Below, one piece after another: positions 52,814-64,000 of a stretch of DNA of 64,000 nucleotides. The stretch is taken from contig LNEJ01000056.1 in NCBI GenBank assembly GCA_001464965.1, positions 1,186 to 65,185 of the forward strand. The letters run 5' to 3'. The stretch comes from Gammaproteobacteria bacterium Ga0074134 (GTDB lineage Bacteria > Pseudomonadota > Gammaproteobacteria > Ga0077554 > Ga007554). Below the pieces are notes generated by a model, which did not search any database, was not told the origin of the DNA, and saw nothing but the letters and a program-made list of their open reading frames with translations. Numbering within the stretch: position 1 is the first letter of the stretch; each line of letters begins with the position of its first letter. The translations under genes were made by a program, and so were the position numbers.

Positions 52814-53917
52814 TTTTTTCAAATCAGTATCATTCGGAACAGCATTCGCTATACGAGTTGTCGAGAGAATGTCTCGAAACGTATTGACTAAGGATTGGCA
52901 TTGCGCATCCGTCCCCACGGATATCCGCAGGAACTGGTCAATCCGCGGCTTGGCGAAATGTCGCACGAGTATATTGCGCTCACGGAGCCGCTTCTGCAAT
53001 GCAGATGCATCGTGTGACGCATGCCTGGCAAAGAGAAAATTGGCTTGCGACGGCAAGACATGGAAGCCCAGGGAGCGAAGCTCGTGGGCGAGCCACTCGC
53101 GACTCGCTATCACCTGATTGCGAGTGTATTCAAAATGCTCTTGGTCACATAGTGCGGCCACCGCCCCTTTAAGCGCGAGACGATCCAATGGATAGGAGTT
53201 GAAGCAGCTTTTCACCAGAGTCAACGCATCAATCAACGAGGGGTGTCCAACCGCGAAGCCTACGCGCAGTCCGGCGAGCGAGCGTGATTTGGATAGCGTC
53301 TGGACGACGAGCAGGTTCGGAAAATCGGCCACCAGCGGGATTACCGACTCGCCACCGAAATCGACATAAGCCTCGTCGACAACAACGACAGAGCCATCGG
53401 TTCCTTCCAGCAAACGCTTCAGTTCACCACGCCCAACAGCGGAGCCGGTCGGCGCATTCGGGTTCGGCAAGACCACGCCGCCGTTGGGCCGCAGATAGTC
53501 TTCGATGTGAACTTGCAGGTCGGCATCAAGCGGCACGGCTGAATATTCAATGCCGTAAAGACCACAATACACAGGGTAAAAGCTGTAGCTGATGTCGGGA
53601 AAAAGTACCGGCCGCCTGTGCTTCAGTAATGCGTGAAACGTATGCGCCAAGATTTCATCAGAACCGTTTCCGACGAAGACATGCCCAGGAGAAAGCCCAT
53701 GCATGTCTGCGACCACCTGTTTCAGTTCCCGGCCTTCAGGGTCCGGATAGAGCCGCAAGTCTTCATTAGCTGCCTGCCGGATTGCCGCAAGGGCCATAGG
53801 TGACGGCGGATATGGATTCTCGTTCGTATTCAGCTTGATTAGATGGGGGATGGCGGGCTGTTCCCCCGGAGTATAAGGTTCAAGTCCCCGAATACATTCG
53901 CTCCAAAGATCGTTCAT
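52808..53917 (-). CDS. hisC: Histidinol-phosphate aminotransferase
   Basis: N-terminus ..LEPYTPGEQ...[14 protein letters not shown].. and class-II aminotransferase core. Confidence 0.85.
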   Translation of the reverse strand: MNDLWSECIRGLEPYTPGEQPAIPHLIKLNTNENPYPPSPMALAAIRQAANEDLRLYPDPEGRELKQVVADMHGLSPGHVFVGNGSDEILAHTFHALLKHRRPVLFPDISYSFYPVYCGLYGIEYSAVPLDADLQVHIEDYLRPNGGVVLPNPNAPTGSAVGRGELKRLLEGTDGSVVVVDEAYVDFGGESVIPLVADFPNLLVVQTLSKSRSLAGLRVGFAVGHPSLIDALTLVKSCFNSYPLDRLALKGAVAALCDQEHFEYTRNQVIASREWLAHELRSLGFHVLPSQANFLFARHASHDASALQKRLRERNILVRHFAKPRIDQFLRISVGTDAQCQSLVNTFRDILSTTRIANAVPNDTDLKKM

Positions 53918-53975
53918 AAAGCATGTAACGCGGTATTATGTGACGTCCAACGCTCACTATCACCAGCAGGTACAC

Positions 53976-54473
53976 TCATTCCTCACCATCCCAATAATCA
54001 ATAGCAGACGACTTGCGGCTAAAAATTGAAAACGCCCTCCTTTCGGCTGAGCCGCCCGGCGCACTACCCACAAACACACCAAATTTTCCAGAATCGGGAT
54101 ATTCAAACACATCCGGTTCCTCCATGGTGCTCACAGCCAGATATCTCGTCTCTTCACTGGACGTATTCGTCAATTGATGCGGCGTTTCCGGGCCAGGAGG
54201 CACACAAATAATGTCACCGGCCCGCACTGTGTATTCCTTGCCGCCATACCTCAAAGTGGCCATGCCTTCGAGAATAAAAAACATCTCTTCATTGACGTAG
54301 TGGAAGTGGTACGGCCAGCCGGTTTTTCCAGGAGGCAGCACGACAAGACGATAGCCCAGCTTTTTGGCACCTAGTCGCGTGGCAACCGCGCCCAGTTTCG
54401 CCTCAAAGCGCTCACCATTGCCCCACTCAGTGAGTTCCACGTCTTGAAGATTCAGAATAGGTGACTTATCCAT
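53976..54473 (-). CDS. Cupin-domain protein
   Basis: Two-His cupin motif region ..GWPYHFHYVNEEMFFILEG...RAGDIICVPPG... Confidence 0.6.
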   Translation of the reverse strand: MDKSPILNLQDVELTEWGNGERFEAKLGAVATRLGAKKLGYRLVVLPPGKTGWPYHFHYVNEEMFFILEGMATLRYGGKEYTVRAGDIICVPPGPETPHQLTNTSSEETRYLAVSTMEEPDVFEYPDSGKFGVFVGSAPGGSAERRAFSIFSRKSSAIDYWDGEE

Positions 54474-54584
54474 GCCATTCGCCTTCTGCTAGCCTAATGC
54501 GGCACAGGAATGTGTCGCCCTAAAAAACCACAGAGAAAAGATTTATCATTCAAATTCCATCTCAATGGGAGAATCAGCTTATTC

Positions 54585-54625
54585 CCTCTCCCCAACCCTC
54601 TCCCGCCCTGCGGGAGAGGGGGTAA
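54585..54625. repeat. GC-rich palindromic element (ccctctcccgccctgcgggagaggg) downstream of leuC
   Basis: Perfect inverted repeat CTCTCCCGC/GCGGGAGAG. It gives rise to a spurious antisense ORF containing PLPPCGRGG. Probably a terminator or REP. Confidence 0.3.
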
Positions 54626-54658
54626 ATGCATCCTTGAGGTGGAAGTTCAACCAGGGGT

Positions 54659-56065
54659 CTATGCAAGCTCTCGAACATCCACAAAATGCCCCGTCACCGC
54701 CGCTGCGGCGGCCATTGCCGGGCTGACGAGATGGGTGCGTCCGCCTGGGCCTTGGCGGCCTTCGAAGTTGCGATTCGAGGTAGAGGCGCAGCGCTCGCCC
54801 GGCTCCAGGCGGTCGGCGTTCATGGCCAGACACATGGAACAGCCTGGCTCGCGCCATTCAAAACCGGCCTCGATAAAAATCCTGTCCAGCCCTTCTGCTT
54901 CGGCCTGACGCTTAACCAGGCCAGAGCCCGGCACCACCATGGCGAGTTTTACATTGCTGGCGACATGCTGGCCGCGCGCAATCGCGGCGGCGGCGCGCAG
55001 GTCTTCAATGCGCGAATTGGTGCAGGAGCCGATGAACACCTTGTCGATGGTGATATCGGTGATCGGCATGCCCGGCGTCAGGTTCATATAACGCAGCGCG
55101 CGCGTTATCCCTTCGCGCTTTACTGCGTCAGGCTCTTGGGCGGGATCAGGCACACGGCCATCCACCGGCACCACCATTTCCGGCGAGGTGCCCCACGTCA
55201 CCTGGGGCTTGATCGACGCGGCGTCGATATGCAACACCCTGTCGAACACTGCATCGGTATCGCTGTGCAGATCTCGCCATGCCGCTACCGCCTGGCCCCA
55301 CAGTGTACCGCTGGGGGAATAGGGCCGTCCCTTCACATATTCGATAGTCTTGTCGTCCACCGCCACCATGCCCGCACGCGCGCCTGCCTCGATGGCCATG
55401 TTGCAAACGGTCATGCGGCCTTCCATGGAGAGGGCACGGATCGCCTCACCGCCGAACTCGATGGCATAGCCTGTGCCGCCCGCAGTGCCGATTTCGCCGA
55501 TGATCGCCAGCACGACATCCTTGGCCGTGACACCCGCGCCCACCTGGCCATCCACACTGATGAGCATGTTTTTTGATTTTTTCTGGATCAGACACTGGGT
55601 GGCGAGCACATGCTCGACTTCGGAGGTACCGATACCGTGCGCCAGCGCGCCAAAGGCGCCGTGGGTGGAGGTGTGCGAATCGCCACATACCACGGTCATC
55701 CCAGGCAGCGTCGCGCCCTGCTCCGGGCCGATGACATGCACTATGCCTTGACGCGGATCATTCATCCTGAATTCGGTAATGCTGAACTGCGCGCAATTTT
55801 TGTCCAGCGTCTCAATCTGCACGCGGGAAACAGGATCGGCAATGCCATGGCTACGATCGGTGGTGGGAACATTGTGATCGGCCACCGCCAGGTTGGCGTC
55901 CACGCGCCACAACCCGCGTCCGGCCAGGCGCAGACCATCGAAGGCCTGCGGCGAGGTCACTTCATGTACCAGATGACGGTCGATATACAACAGACATGTG
56001 CCATCTTCATTGCAGCGCACTACATGCGCGTCCCACAATTTATCGTACAAGGTTTTTCCGGCCAC
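54659..56065 (-). CDS. leuC: 3-isopropylmalate dehydratase large subunit
   Basis: [16 protein letters not shown].. N-terminus and aconitase-family Cys ligands. Confidence 0.95.
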   Translation of the reverse strand: MAGKTLYDKLWDAHVVRCNEDGTCLLYIDRHLVHEVTSPQAFDGLRLAGRGLWRVDANLAVADHNVPTTDRSHGIADPVSRVQIETLDKNCAQFSITEFRMNDPRQGIVHVIGPEQGATLPGMTVVCGDSHTSTHGAFGALAHGIGTSEVEHVLATQCLIQKKSKNMLISVDGQVGAGVTAKDVVLAIIGEIGTAGGTGYAIEFGGEAIRALSMEGRMTVCNMAIEAGARAGMVAVDDKTIEYVKGRPYSPSGTLWGQAVAAWRDLHSDTDAVFDRVLHIDAASIKPQVTWGTSPEMVVPVDGRVPDPAQEPDAVKREGITRALRYMNLTPGMPITDITIDKVFIGSCTNSRIEDLRAAAAIARGQHVASNVKLAMVVPGSGLVKRQAEAEGLDRIFIEAGFEWREPGCSMCLAMNADRLEPGERCASTSNRNFEGRQGPGGRTHLVSPAMAAAAAVTGHFVDVRELA

Positions 56066-56206
56066 TTTCCTGACTCCTGCTTCTCTCTCACTGAAAGGTG
56101 GATTTTACGCCAGCGGGCAGGATTACACAAAAAACCCCCACGCTGATTAGCACAGAAATCCCCTCAACGAGTAGAATAGACACATTCATCACATTCAGGT
56201 TCAGAT

Positions 56207-57058
56207 ATGAAGGCGCAGATCATAGATGGCAAGGCAATCGCTGCCGATATCAGGCAGACTGTAAAGCGCGGCGTAGAACAGCGTCTGACGCACCACAAGC
56301 GCGTACCTGGCCTAGCCGTTATCCTGGTTGGCAACAATCCTGCCTCCGAGGTCTATGTGGCCAGCAAGCGCAAGGCCTGCATTGAGGCCGGCATTATCTC
56401 CAGGAGCTATGACCTGCCCGACAGCATCAGCCAGAAGGCCCTGCTCGCGCTGATTGACGAGTTGAATGACGCCCCCGATATCGATGGCATTCTGGTACAG
56501 CTTCCGTTACCCGCACATATCGACTCCGAAACCGTCATCGAGAGAATTCACCCCGACAAGGATGTGGACGGTTTCCACCCCTATAATGTCGGACGACTGG
56601 CCTTGCGCCTGCCCGCGTTGCGGCCCTGCACTCCGCACGGCGTCATGACCCTGCTGGAGAGCACCGGGCAAGCCCTCAAAGGACAAGAGGCAGTGATAGT
56701 AGGCGCTTCCAACATCGTTGGACGGCCGATGTCCCTGGAGCTGCTGCTCGCGGGCTGCACCGTCACCACCTGCCACCGCTTCACCCGCGACCTGCCCAGC
56801 CATGTGGCACGCGCCGACATCTTGGTGGTGGCCGTAGGCAAACCGGGGTTCATCAAGGGTGAATGGATCAAACCCGGCGCCACCGTGATTGACGTGGGCA
56901 TCAACCGGCTGGCGGATGGCAAGATCGTAGGTGATGTGGAATTCGCTCCCGCCGCCGAACGCGCCGCCTGGATCACCCCCGTCCCCGGCGGCGTGGGGCC
57001 GATGACGGTGGCGACGTTGTTGCAGAATACGCTGGGGGCGACAGAACGGAGGGGATAA
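56207..57058 (+). CDS. folD: Bifunctional methylenetetrahydrofolate dehydrogenase/cyclohydrolase
   Basis: [12 protein letters not shown].. and [10 protein letters not shown]-type Rossmann motif. Full-length FolD. Confidence 0.95.
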   Translation: MKAQIIDGKAIAADIRQTVKRGVEQRLTHHKRVPGLAVILVGNNPASEVYVASKRKACIEAGIISRSYDLPDSISQKALLALIDELNDAPDIDGILVQLPLPAHIDSETVIERIHPDKDVDGFHPYNVGRLALRLPALRPCTPHGVMTLLESTGQALKGQEAVIVGASNIVGRPMSLELLLAGCTVTTCHRFTRDLPSHVARADILVVAVGKPGFIKGEWIKPGATVIDVGINRLADGKIVGDVEFAPAAERAAWITPVPGGVGPMTVATLLQNTLGATERRG

Positions 57059-57135
57059 CACCCCACAGACAGTCAGGCAGCCTTCAAGCGAGCCACATGA
57101 AGCTCGCCGCGATGTTGCTCAACCTGCCACAGACC

Positions 57136-57360
57136 TTACTGCACCTGCTGATTCAGCCAACTTTCCGCCGTGGTATCAAAAGCGATGGAGAGGCACACAG
57201 CCATCTCGGGACTAATACCGGCGTGCCCGTTGAGAATGGCAGACAAAGTTTTGCGGCTTACACCTAGCGCTTTTGCCGCATGGGTAACGGTGAGATTCAA
57301 AGGCTCAAGGCACAGCGTCTTGAGTATCTCACCCGGAGACGGAGGATTATGCATCAGCAT
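57136..57360 (-). CDS. higA: HigA-type (XRE helix-turn-helix) antitoxin-like protein, no cognate toxin gene visible
   Basis: 74 aa. ..[53 protein letters not shown] matches the HigA/VapI family. Confidence 0.6.
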   Translation of the reverse strand: MLMHNPPSPGEILKTLCLEPLNLTVTHAAKALGVSRKTLSAILNGHAGISPEMAVCLSIAFDTTAESWLNQQVQ

Positions 57361-57434
57361 CGTCTTTTACCTCAATAATAGTCTTCGTAATCGACGGCCT
57401 CGGAATCCTTTCCGATGAAGATGGCACGGCGTAT

Positions 57435-57902
57435 CTACAGCCACCCCCCCAGCAAAACCAATTCATACTGTATAAGCAGCGCGTAGCCAAACAGCAGCCC
57501 ATGTAACGTATGGCGCACCGTGAAGAGGCTGAATACGGCAAAGTTTTTATGCGCGACAAGGAACACCAGCCCCGCTGCGGTAAAGGCGAACTTTGTAACA
57601 AGGAAGAGTTGGGTATCTATTTCGAGCAGCCACGCCATGAACGGGTTGGCCTCGGATGCGCCAAGCTGCAGCAAGTGCAGGGTGAACGTTGCGTCAGCAC
57701 AGCACAGAAGCAGGATTCCCACGGCGATATAAAACAACCCTGGCTCATACCAGTCAACATAGGAATTCACCCGGTCTCCGGCGCGACGCGCCCCTCGGCG
57801 CCTGCCCTGCCAGGCCGCGCGGCTGAAGGGTGCTGTAGCTGCGGAGCGGCGGTCTGCGTGATAGCGCTGTCCCGAGACCACAGGAATAACCATAGAGGTC
57901 AT
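57435..57902 (-). CDS. DUF5658-like small membrane protein
   Basis: Three to four TM helices and the motif LQLGASEANPF. Confidence 0.4.
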   Translation of the reverse strand: MTSMVIPVVSGQRYHADRRSAATAPFSRAAWQGRRRGARRAGDRVNSYVDWYEPGLFYIAVGILLLCCADATFTLHLLQLGASEANPFMAWLLEIDTQLFLVTKFAFTAAGLVFLVAHKNFAVFSLFTVRHTLHGLLFGYALLIQYELVLLGGWL

Positions 57903-57987
57903 ATTTTTATATCCTCAAAAGGGAACCGCCTACTTTTAACGCACTCTTGTATGCTACCTTGTCTTGCTAGCGGCTATCAACCTGAAA

Positions 57988-58140
57988 AAGCTATTGAACT
58001 GCGGGGGACGCGAAAGAAACAAAGAAATTCAGGGGGTTAGCGTAACAAGCACACCCAGCGTGTGACTCGGCACACCTTGTCAAGATCATGTTTTTCCTCT
58101 GTATTCTCTGTGCGATCTGCGATGAATCGCCGTTTTTTTA
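57988..58140. repeat. Inverted-repeat (MITE-like) intergenic element, second well-preserved copy
   Basis: ~75% identical to 15379-15522 over the whole length, including ggttagcgtaa, gtgactcg and tgaatcgccgttttttt. Confidence 0.5.
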
Positions 58141-58143
58141 GGA

Positions 58144-58998
58144 TCAAGGCATGAGTTTAGGTAAATAACGCAGCGGATCCACTGGCTTGCCCTGAAAGCG
58201 CATCTCAAAATGCAGCATCACCCTCTCCGCCCCGCTTTTCCCCATATCGGCGATACGCTGCCCGGCAGCCACCTGATCCCCTTCCTGGACGTGCAGCTTG
58301 TTGTTATGGGCATAGGCGGTTAAGTAATTGTCATCATGCTTGATAATCACCAGATTGCCATAACCGACCAGCCCGCTGCCACCATACACCACACGCCCTG
58401 GCGCCGCGGCCAGAACAGGCTGTCCGAATCGCCCGCCGATATCCAGGCCTTTTTTCCCCGGCGCATCACCAGAAAACGTGCTCAGCACGGCACCCTGGGT
58501 TGGCCATAGCCACTTCTGCGGGTCGAACGTTCTGAATTGGGGGGCGATAGCCACGGGATTAACCGGCGGCGAGACTAAAGGGATCACTTTGATCTCAGGA
58601 GCCACCGGGATAGCTGCAGTAGTTACGGCGGAGCTCGACACAGATGGCTTTTGGGGCAAAACCACCCCCCGGTTTGCCCGCGCCTCCACTACAGGCGCAG
58701 GGCCCGGGGTGGGAGCGCTTGGGGATGAAAGCTCACTGACAGGCGCGCCATCGCGGGAGGGGGCGACACGCAGCCACTGGCCATCGTGAATCGCATAGGG
58801 CGGCCTGATGTTATTCCACTCGGCCACTTGCCGGTAATCGTAGCCATACTGCCAGCCGATGGAGTACAGGGTATCGCCCTGTTTGACACGGTGATAGACG
58901 TGGTTACCGCACGCGCTTACCAGCCATGCCAGAATCAGGATGGCGATGATTCCCGCAGGCCTGCTCAACCTTGCGCCCTTCGTGAGTACTGGGTGCAT
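58144..58998 (-). CDS. nlpD: LysM plus M23 peptidase lipoprotein NlpD
   Basis: Lipobox LVSAC, a LysM domain (VKQGDTLYSIGWQYGYDYRQVAEWNNI) and a C-terminal M23 domain. Confidence 0.85.
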   Translation of the reverse strand: MHPVLTKGARLSRPAGIIAILILAWLVSACGNHVYHRVKQGDTLYSIGWQYGYDYRQVAEWNNIRPPYAIHDGQWLRVAPSRDGAPVSELSSPSAPTPGPAPVVEARANRGVVLPQKPSVSSSAVTTAAIPVAPEIKVIPLVSPPVNPVAIAPQFRTFDPQKWLWPTQGAVLSTFSGDAPGKKGLDIGGRFGQPVLAAAPGRVVYGGSGLVGYGNLVIIKHDDNYLTAYAHNNKLHVQEGDQVAAGQRIADMGKSGAERVMLHFEMRFQGKPVDPLRYLPKLMP

Positions 58999-59004
58999 CG
59001 CCGT

Positions 59005-59679
59005 TTAAAAATGCGCCTGATCTCTCCCTGAAAGAAGCGGCACAAAGCTGACGGTTTCCAGGGTTTCCTGCTGATAGCCGTCCGCCGTGCGGGTGATGGA
59101 CAGCAGCGTTTGATTACGCCCCGAGGCACCGACCGGGATGATGAGCCGCCCGCCCACGGCGAGCTGCTCCAGCAACGCTGCAGGCACATCCGCTGGTGCG
59201 GCGGTGACGATAATCCCATCATAGGGTGCATACTCCGGCCAGCCCAATTTTCCATCACAGTGCTTGAGACGGATATTGCGCAGGCCAAGTTCCATGAAGC
59301 GTTGGCGCGCCAATTTCAACAGAGCGTCTATCCGCTCAACGCTGTATACCTGCCCCACCAATTGGGCAAGAATCGCCGCCTGATAACCGGAGCCGGTGCC
59401 GATTTCCAGGACTTTATCAAGCTTGCCGCCGCTGAGCAGGACTTCAGTCATGCGCGCCACAATGTAGGGCTGGGAGATGGTCTGGCCATGCCCAATAGGC
59501 AGAGCGGTGTCTTCGTAGGCGCGGCTGGCCAGGGCCTCGTCGACAAAGATATGGCGGGGGGTACTGCGTATTGCATCCAAAACCATCGCACTGCGAATAC
59601 CCTCCTCTTGCAGACGATTGATCAAGCGTTCGCGGGTGCGCTGCGATGTCATACCGATGCCGAGGTGATGCGATTTCAT
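59005..59679 (-). CDS. pcm: Protein-L-isoaspartate O-methyltransferase
   Basis: SAM motif [12 protein letters not shown] and the conserved surE-pcm-nlpD order. Confidence 0.9.
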   Translation of the reverse strand: MKSHHLGIGMTSQRTRERLINRLQEEGIRSAMVLDAIRSTPRHIFVDEALASRAYEDTALPIGHGQTISQPYIVARMTEVLLSGGKLDKVLEIGTGSGYQAAILAQLVGQVYSVERIDALLKLARQRFMELGLRNIRLKHCDGKLGWPEYAPYDGIIVTAAPADVPAALLEQLAVGGRLIIPVGASGRNQTLLSITRTADGYQQETLETVSFVPLLSGRDQAHF

Positions 59680-60431
59680 GCCTTATTCAACCCTTCCAGC
59701 CAGCTTGCTACAGTGTCCAGCGCGGCATAGCGCGTCAGATCCACCTGGATGGGCGTGATCGAAACGCGGCGGTTTTTGATGGCATGAAAATCCGTGCCCG
59801 GCCCGGCATCTTGTTCAGGACCAGCGGGGCCTACCCAGAAAACCTCACGCCCACGGGGATCGGTGGCCCTGATCACTGGCTCGGATTTGTGCCGGTGCCC
59901 CAGGCGCGTCGCCTCGAAGCCTTCAAGTTGATCCCACGGCACATCAGGCACATTCACGTTAAGAATAGTGTCCGCCGGCAATGGATGGTACTGCAAGCGG
60001 CCCAGCAGCTCCTTCACGACCCTGGCTGCCGTTTCGTAGTGCCGCAGGTCATGCCCGGCCAGCGACACAGCCAGCGCCGGGAATCCCAGAAAACGCCCTT
60101 CCATCGCGGCCGCCACGGTGCCGGAATAAATCACATCATCGCCGAGGTTGGCCCCGGCATTGATGCCCGAGATCACCATATCCGGCTCATGCTCCAGCAG
60201 GCCGGTGATCGCCAGATGCACGCAGTCGGTCGGCGTGCCGTCGACACGCATGAATCCGCGCTCCGCGGGCGTGGCGCGGATCGGCCGTGACAGCGTCAGC
60301 GAATTGCTGGCGCCACTGCGATCCCGGTCCGGCGCGATGACAGTAACTTCCGCAACCTCCCGCAGCACTTCCGCCAGACAGATCAGGCCGGGAGCAAGAT
60401 AGCCATCATCGTTACTTAACAGAATTCTCAT
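59676..60431 (-). CDS. surE: 5'/3'-nucleotidase SurE
   Basis: [14 protein letters not shown].. N-terminus. Confidence 0.9.
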   Translation of the reverse strand: MRILLSNDDGYLAPGLICLAEVLREVAEVTVIAPDRDRSGASNSLTLSRPIRATPAERGFMRVDGTPTDCVHLAITGLLEHEPDMVISGINAGANLGDDVIYSGTVAAAMEGRFLGFPALAVSLAGHDLRHYETAARVVKELLGRLQYHPLPADTILNVNVPDVPWDQLEGFEATRLGHRHKSEPVIRATDPRGREVFWVGPAGPEQDAGPGTDFHAIKNRRVSITPIQVDLTRYAALDTVASWLEGLNKA

Positions 60432-60546
60432 TACCTGCCCCCAGCCGTTTTGGCAAATTTTATAACACGTGAGACATTAATATGTTTTAAACTCGCAAAC
60501 TATACTCGAATCACACGGATTCTCACACCGGGAACGTTCACCTTCT

Positions 60547-62423
<1,877 letters not shown>

Positions 62424-62460
62424 TTCGACTATCTTGCCTTGCTATTTACAGAGGTATTAA

Positions 62461-62718
<258 letters not shown>

Positions 62719-62724
62719 CAAAGC

Positions 62725-64000
62725 ATGTTAAGGCGGCACGCCAAGCTGCAACGCTGGCCTTTTCTCATCCTTTTCATCGCCAGCGCCTGGCTGGCACCGC
62801 TTCAGGCCGCCTCGCCACCCGCGGCTGCCATCGCCTCGGCACACCCACTGGCCACCGATGCGGGCCATGAAATCCTCGCGCTTGGCGGCAACGCCTTCGA
62901 CGCCGCCGTCGCCATCACCGCCACACTGGCCGTTGTGGAACCCACCGGCTCCGGCCTGGGTGGCGGCGGCTTCTGGCTGCTGCACCGCGCCAGGGATCAC
63001 CACGAAGTGATGATCGACGGCCGCGAGCGCGCCCCGCTTGCGGCCCACCGCGACATGTACCTGGATGGCAAGGCCACTCCCTGCGCCGCGCCCCCCTGCG
63101 CATCTGGCGAAGCCATCCCCAGCCTCTCCGTGGATGGCCCCCTCGCTGCCGCCATTCCCGGGGCGCCCGCCGCCATGGTGCATCTAGCTCAAAAATACGG
63201 CCGCCTGCCGCTCGCCAAGAGCCTCGCCCCCGCGATTCGCCATGCGCGCAACGGCTTTGCCATCAGCGAGACCTACCGGCGCATGGCCGGTCTTCGCCTG
63301 GACGCGCTACGCAAATCCGCAGCGGCGGCGCGCATCTTCCTGAACGAAAATGATGTCCCGCCCGCGGGATACATCCTCAAACAGCCCGAGCTGGCCGCCA
63401 CCCTGGAGGCCATCGCCAAACACGGCACGGCGGGCTTTTATGACGGACCCATCGCCGAAAAGCTGATCAACGGCGTGCGCGGAGCGGGTGGCATCTGGAC
63501 GCAGCAAGACCTCGCCAGCTACCGCGTCATCGAACGCAAGCCCCTCACCGGCAACTATCGTGGCCTGCGCATCACTTCCGCCGCCCCGCCCTCCTCGGGC
63601 GGCGTGGCGCTGATTACCATGCTGAACATCCTGGCAGGCTATGACCTGAACCGCCTCGATCCCGTCACCCGCGACCATCTGATCATCGAGGCCATGCGCC
63701 GTGCCTACCGTGATCGTGCGATATACCTGGGTGACCCGGATTACGTCACCGTCCCGCTGCGGCGCCTCACCCATCCGCTCTATGCCGATGGGCTGCGCGC
63801 CTCGATACGCCCGGACAAAGCCACACCCAGCAGCGCCCTTCCCGGCGAGGCCACGCTCGATGCGGGCAATGACACTACCCACTTCTCGGTGCTGGACCGC
63901 CAAGGCAACCGCGTCGCCGCGACACTCTCCATCAACTTCCCGTTCGGCGCTGCCTTCACGCCTCCCGGCACGGGTGTCCTGCTCAATGACGAAATGGATG
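62725..64000 (+). CDS. ggt: Gamma-glutamyltransferase (partial, continues beyond the window end)
   Basis: Hand translation gives MLRRHAKLQRWPFLILFIASAWLAPLQAASPPAAAIASAHPLATDAGHEILALGGNAFDAAVA..GGGGFWLL.. and later ..GNDTTHFSVLDRQGNRVA.. with the catalytic Thr. Not in the ORF track because there is no stop in the window. Confidence 0.85.
   Translation, partial: MLRRHAKLQRWPFLILFIASAWLAPLQAASPPAAAIASAHPLATDAGHEILALGGNAFDAAVAITATLAVVEPTGSGLGGGGFWLLHRARDHHEVMIDGRERAPLAAHRDMYLDGKATPCAAPPCASGEAIPSLSVDGPLAAAIPGAPAAMVHLAQKYGRLPLAKSLAPAIRHARNGFAISETYRRMAGLRLDALRKSAAAARIFLNENDVPPAGYILKQPELAATLEAIAKHGTAGFYDGPIAEKLINGVRGAGGIWTQQDLASYRVIERKPLTGNYRGLRITSAAPPSSGGVALITMLNILAGYDLNRLDPVTRDHLIIEAMRRAYRDRAIYLGDPDYVTVPLRRLTHPLYADGLRASIRPDKATPSSALPGEATLDAGNDTTHFSVLDRQGNRVAATLSINFPFGAAFTPPGTGVLLNDEMD

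Noticed and set aside
54510-54908. 132-aa plus-strand ORF containing LPNPLPPCGRGG
   Set aside because: It is generated by reading through the GC-rich palindrome ccctctcccgccctgcgggagaggg and the antisense of leuC. This is a classic repeat-derived pseudo-ORF.
57347-57601. 84-aa ORF overlapping the higA start, considered as a possible HigB toxin
   Set aside because: The sequence is Cys/Trp-rich with no RelE/HigB-like motifs. It overlaps the end of the DUF5658 gene and lacks a plausible start context.
62728-63903. Two minus-strand ORFs of 151 aa and 198 aa near the window end
   Set aside because: They are antisense to the clearly recognisable partial gamma-glutamyltransferase gene on the plus strand.

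Overview
This window reads as a chromosomal core segment of a high-GC proteobacterium. The gene order is beta-proteobacterial in style: trxB divergent from ftsK-lolA, miaA-hfq-hflX-hflK-hflC-DUF2065-hisZ-purA, surE-pcm-nlpD, and exbB-exbD-msbA-lpxK-ycaR-kdsB. I support about 60 protein genes, one tRNA-Ser(CGA), and several families of small palindromic or inverted-repeat intergenic elements. I found no CRISPR array, transposase or prophage.

Annotated housekeeping genes are ftsK, lolA, trxB, kdsB, lpxK, msbA, purA, hisZ, hflXKC, hfq, miaA, a GacA/UvrY-type regulator, dapA, bamC, purC, moaB, moeA, mobA, ppsA, hisC, leuC, folD, nlpD, pcm, surE, coaD, yfhL and a partial ggt.

The parts most worth a second look:
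1. Two paralogous lipoproteins (1363-2955, 2991-4766), each built from eight ~46-residue repeats. They sit directly upstream of a Fur-box-preceded exbB-exbD-tonB cluster.
2. An ANTAR (NasT-like) regulator, then a long intrinsic terminator, then an NrtABC-type transporter and a porin, with a sensor-like membrane protein upstream.
3. A DUF1800/DUF1501 secreted pair next to the tRNA-Ser.
4. A family of ~130-150 bp inverted-repeat elements at five or more loci, one of which sits where rpoS normally follows nlpD; an orphan higA and a DUF5658 gene are also there.
5. A 1.1 kb AT-rich segment between exbB2 and purA carrying an apparently frameshifted secreted ORF and an Opa-like outer-membrane barrel.
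6. A ~700 bp hairpin-rich leader in front of a type Iβ DAHP synthase.

All calls rest on reading the translations and sequence by eye. No database search was run.
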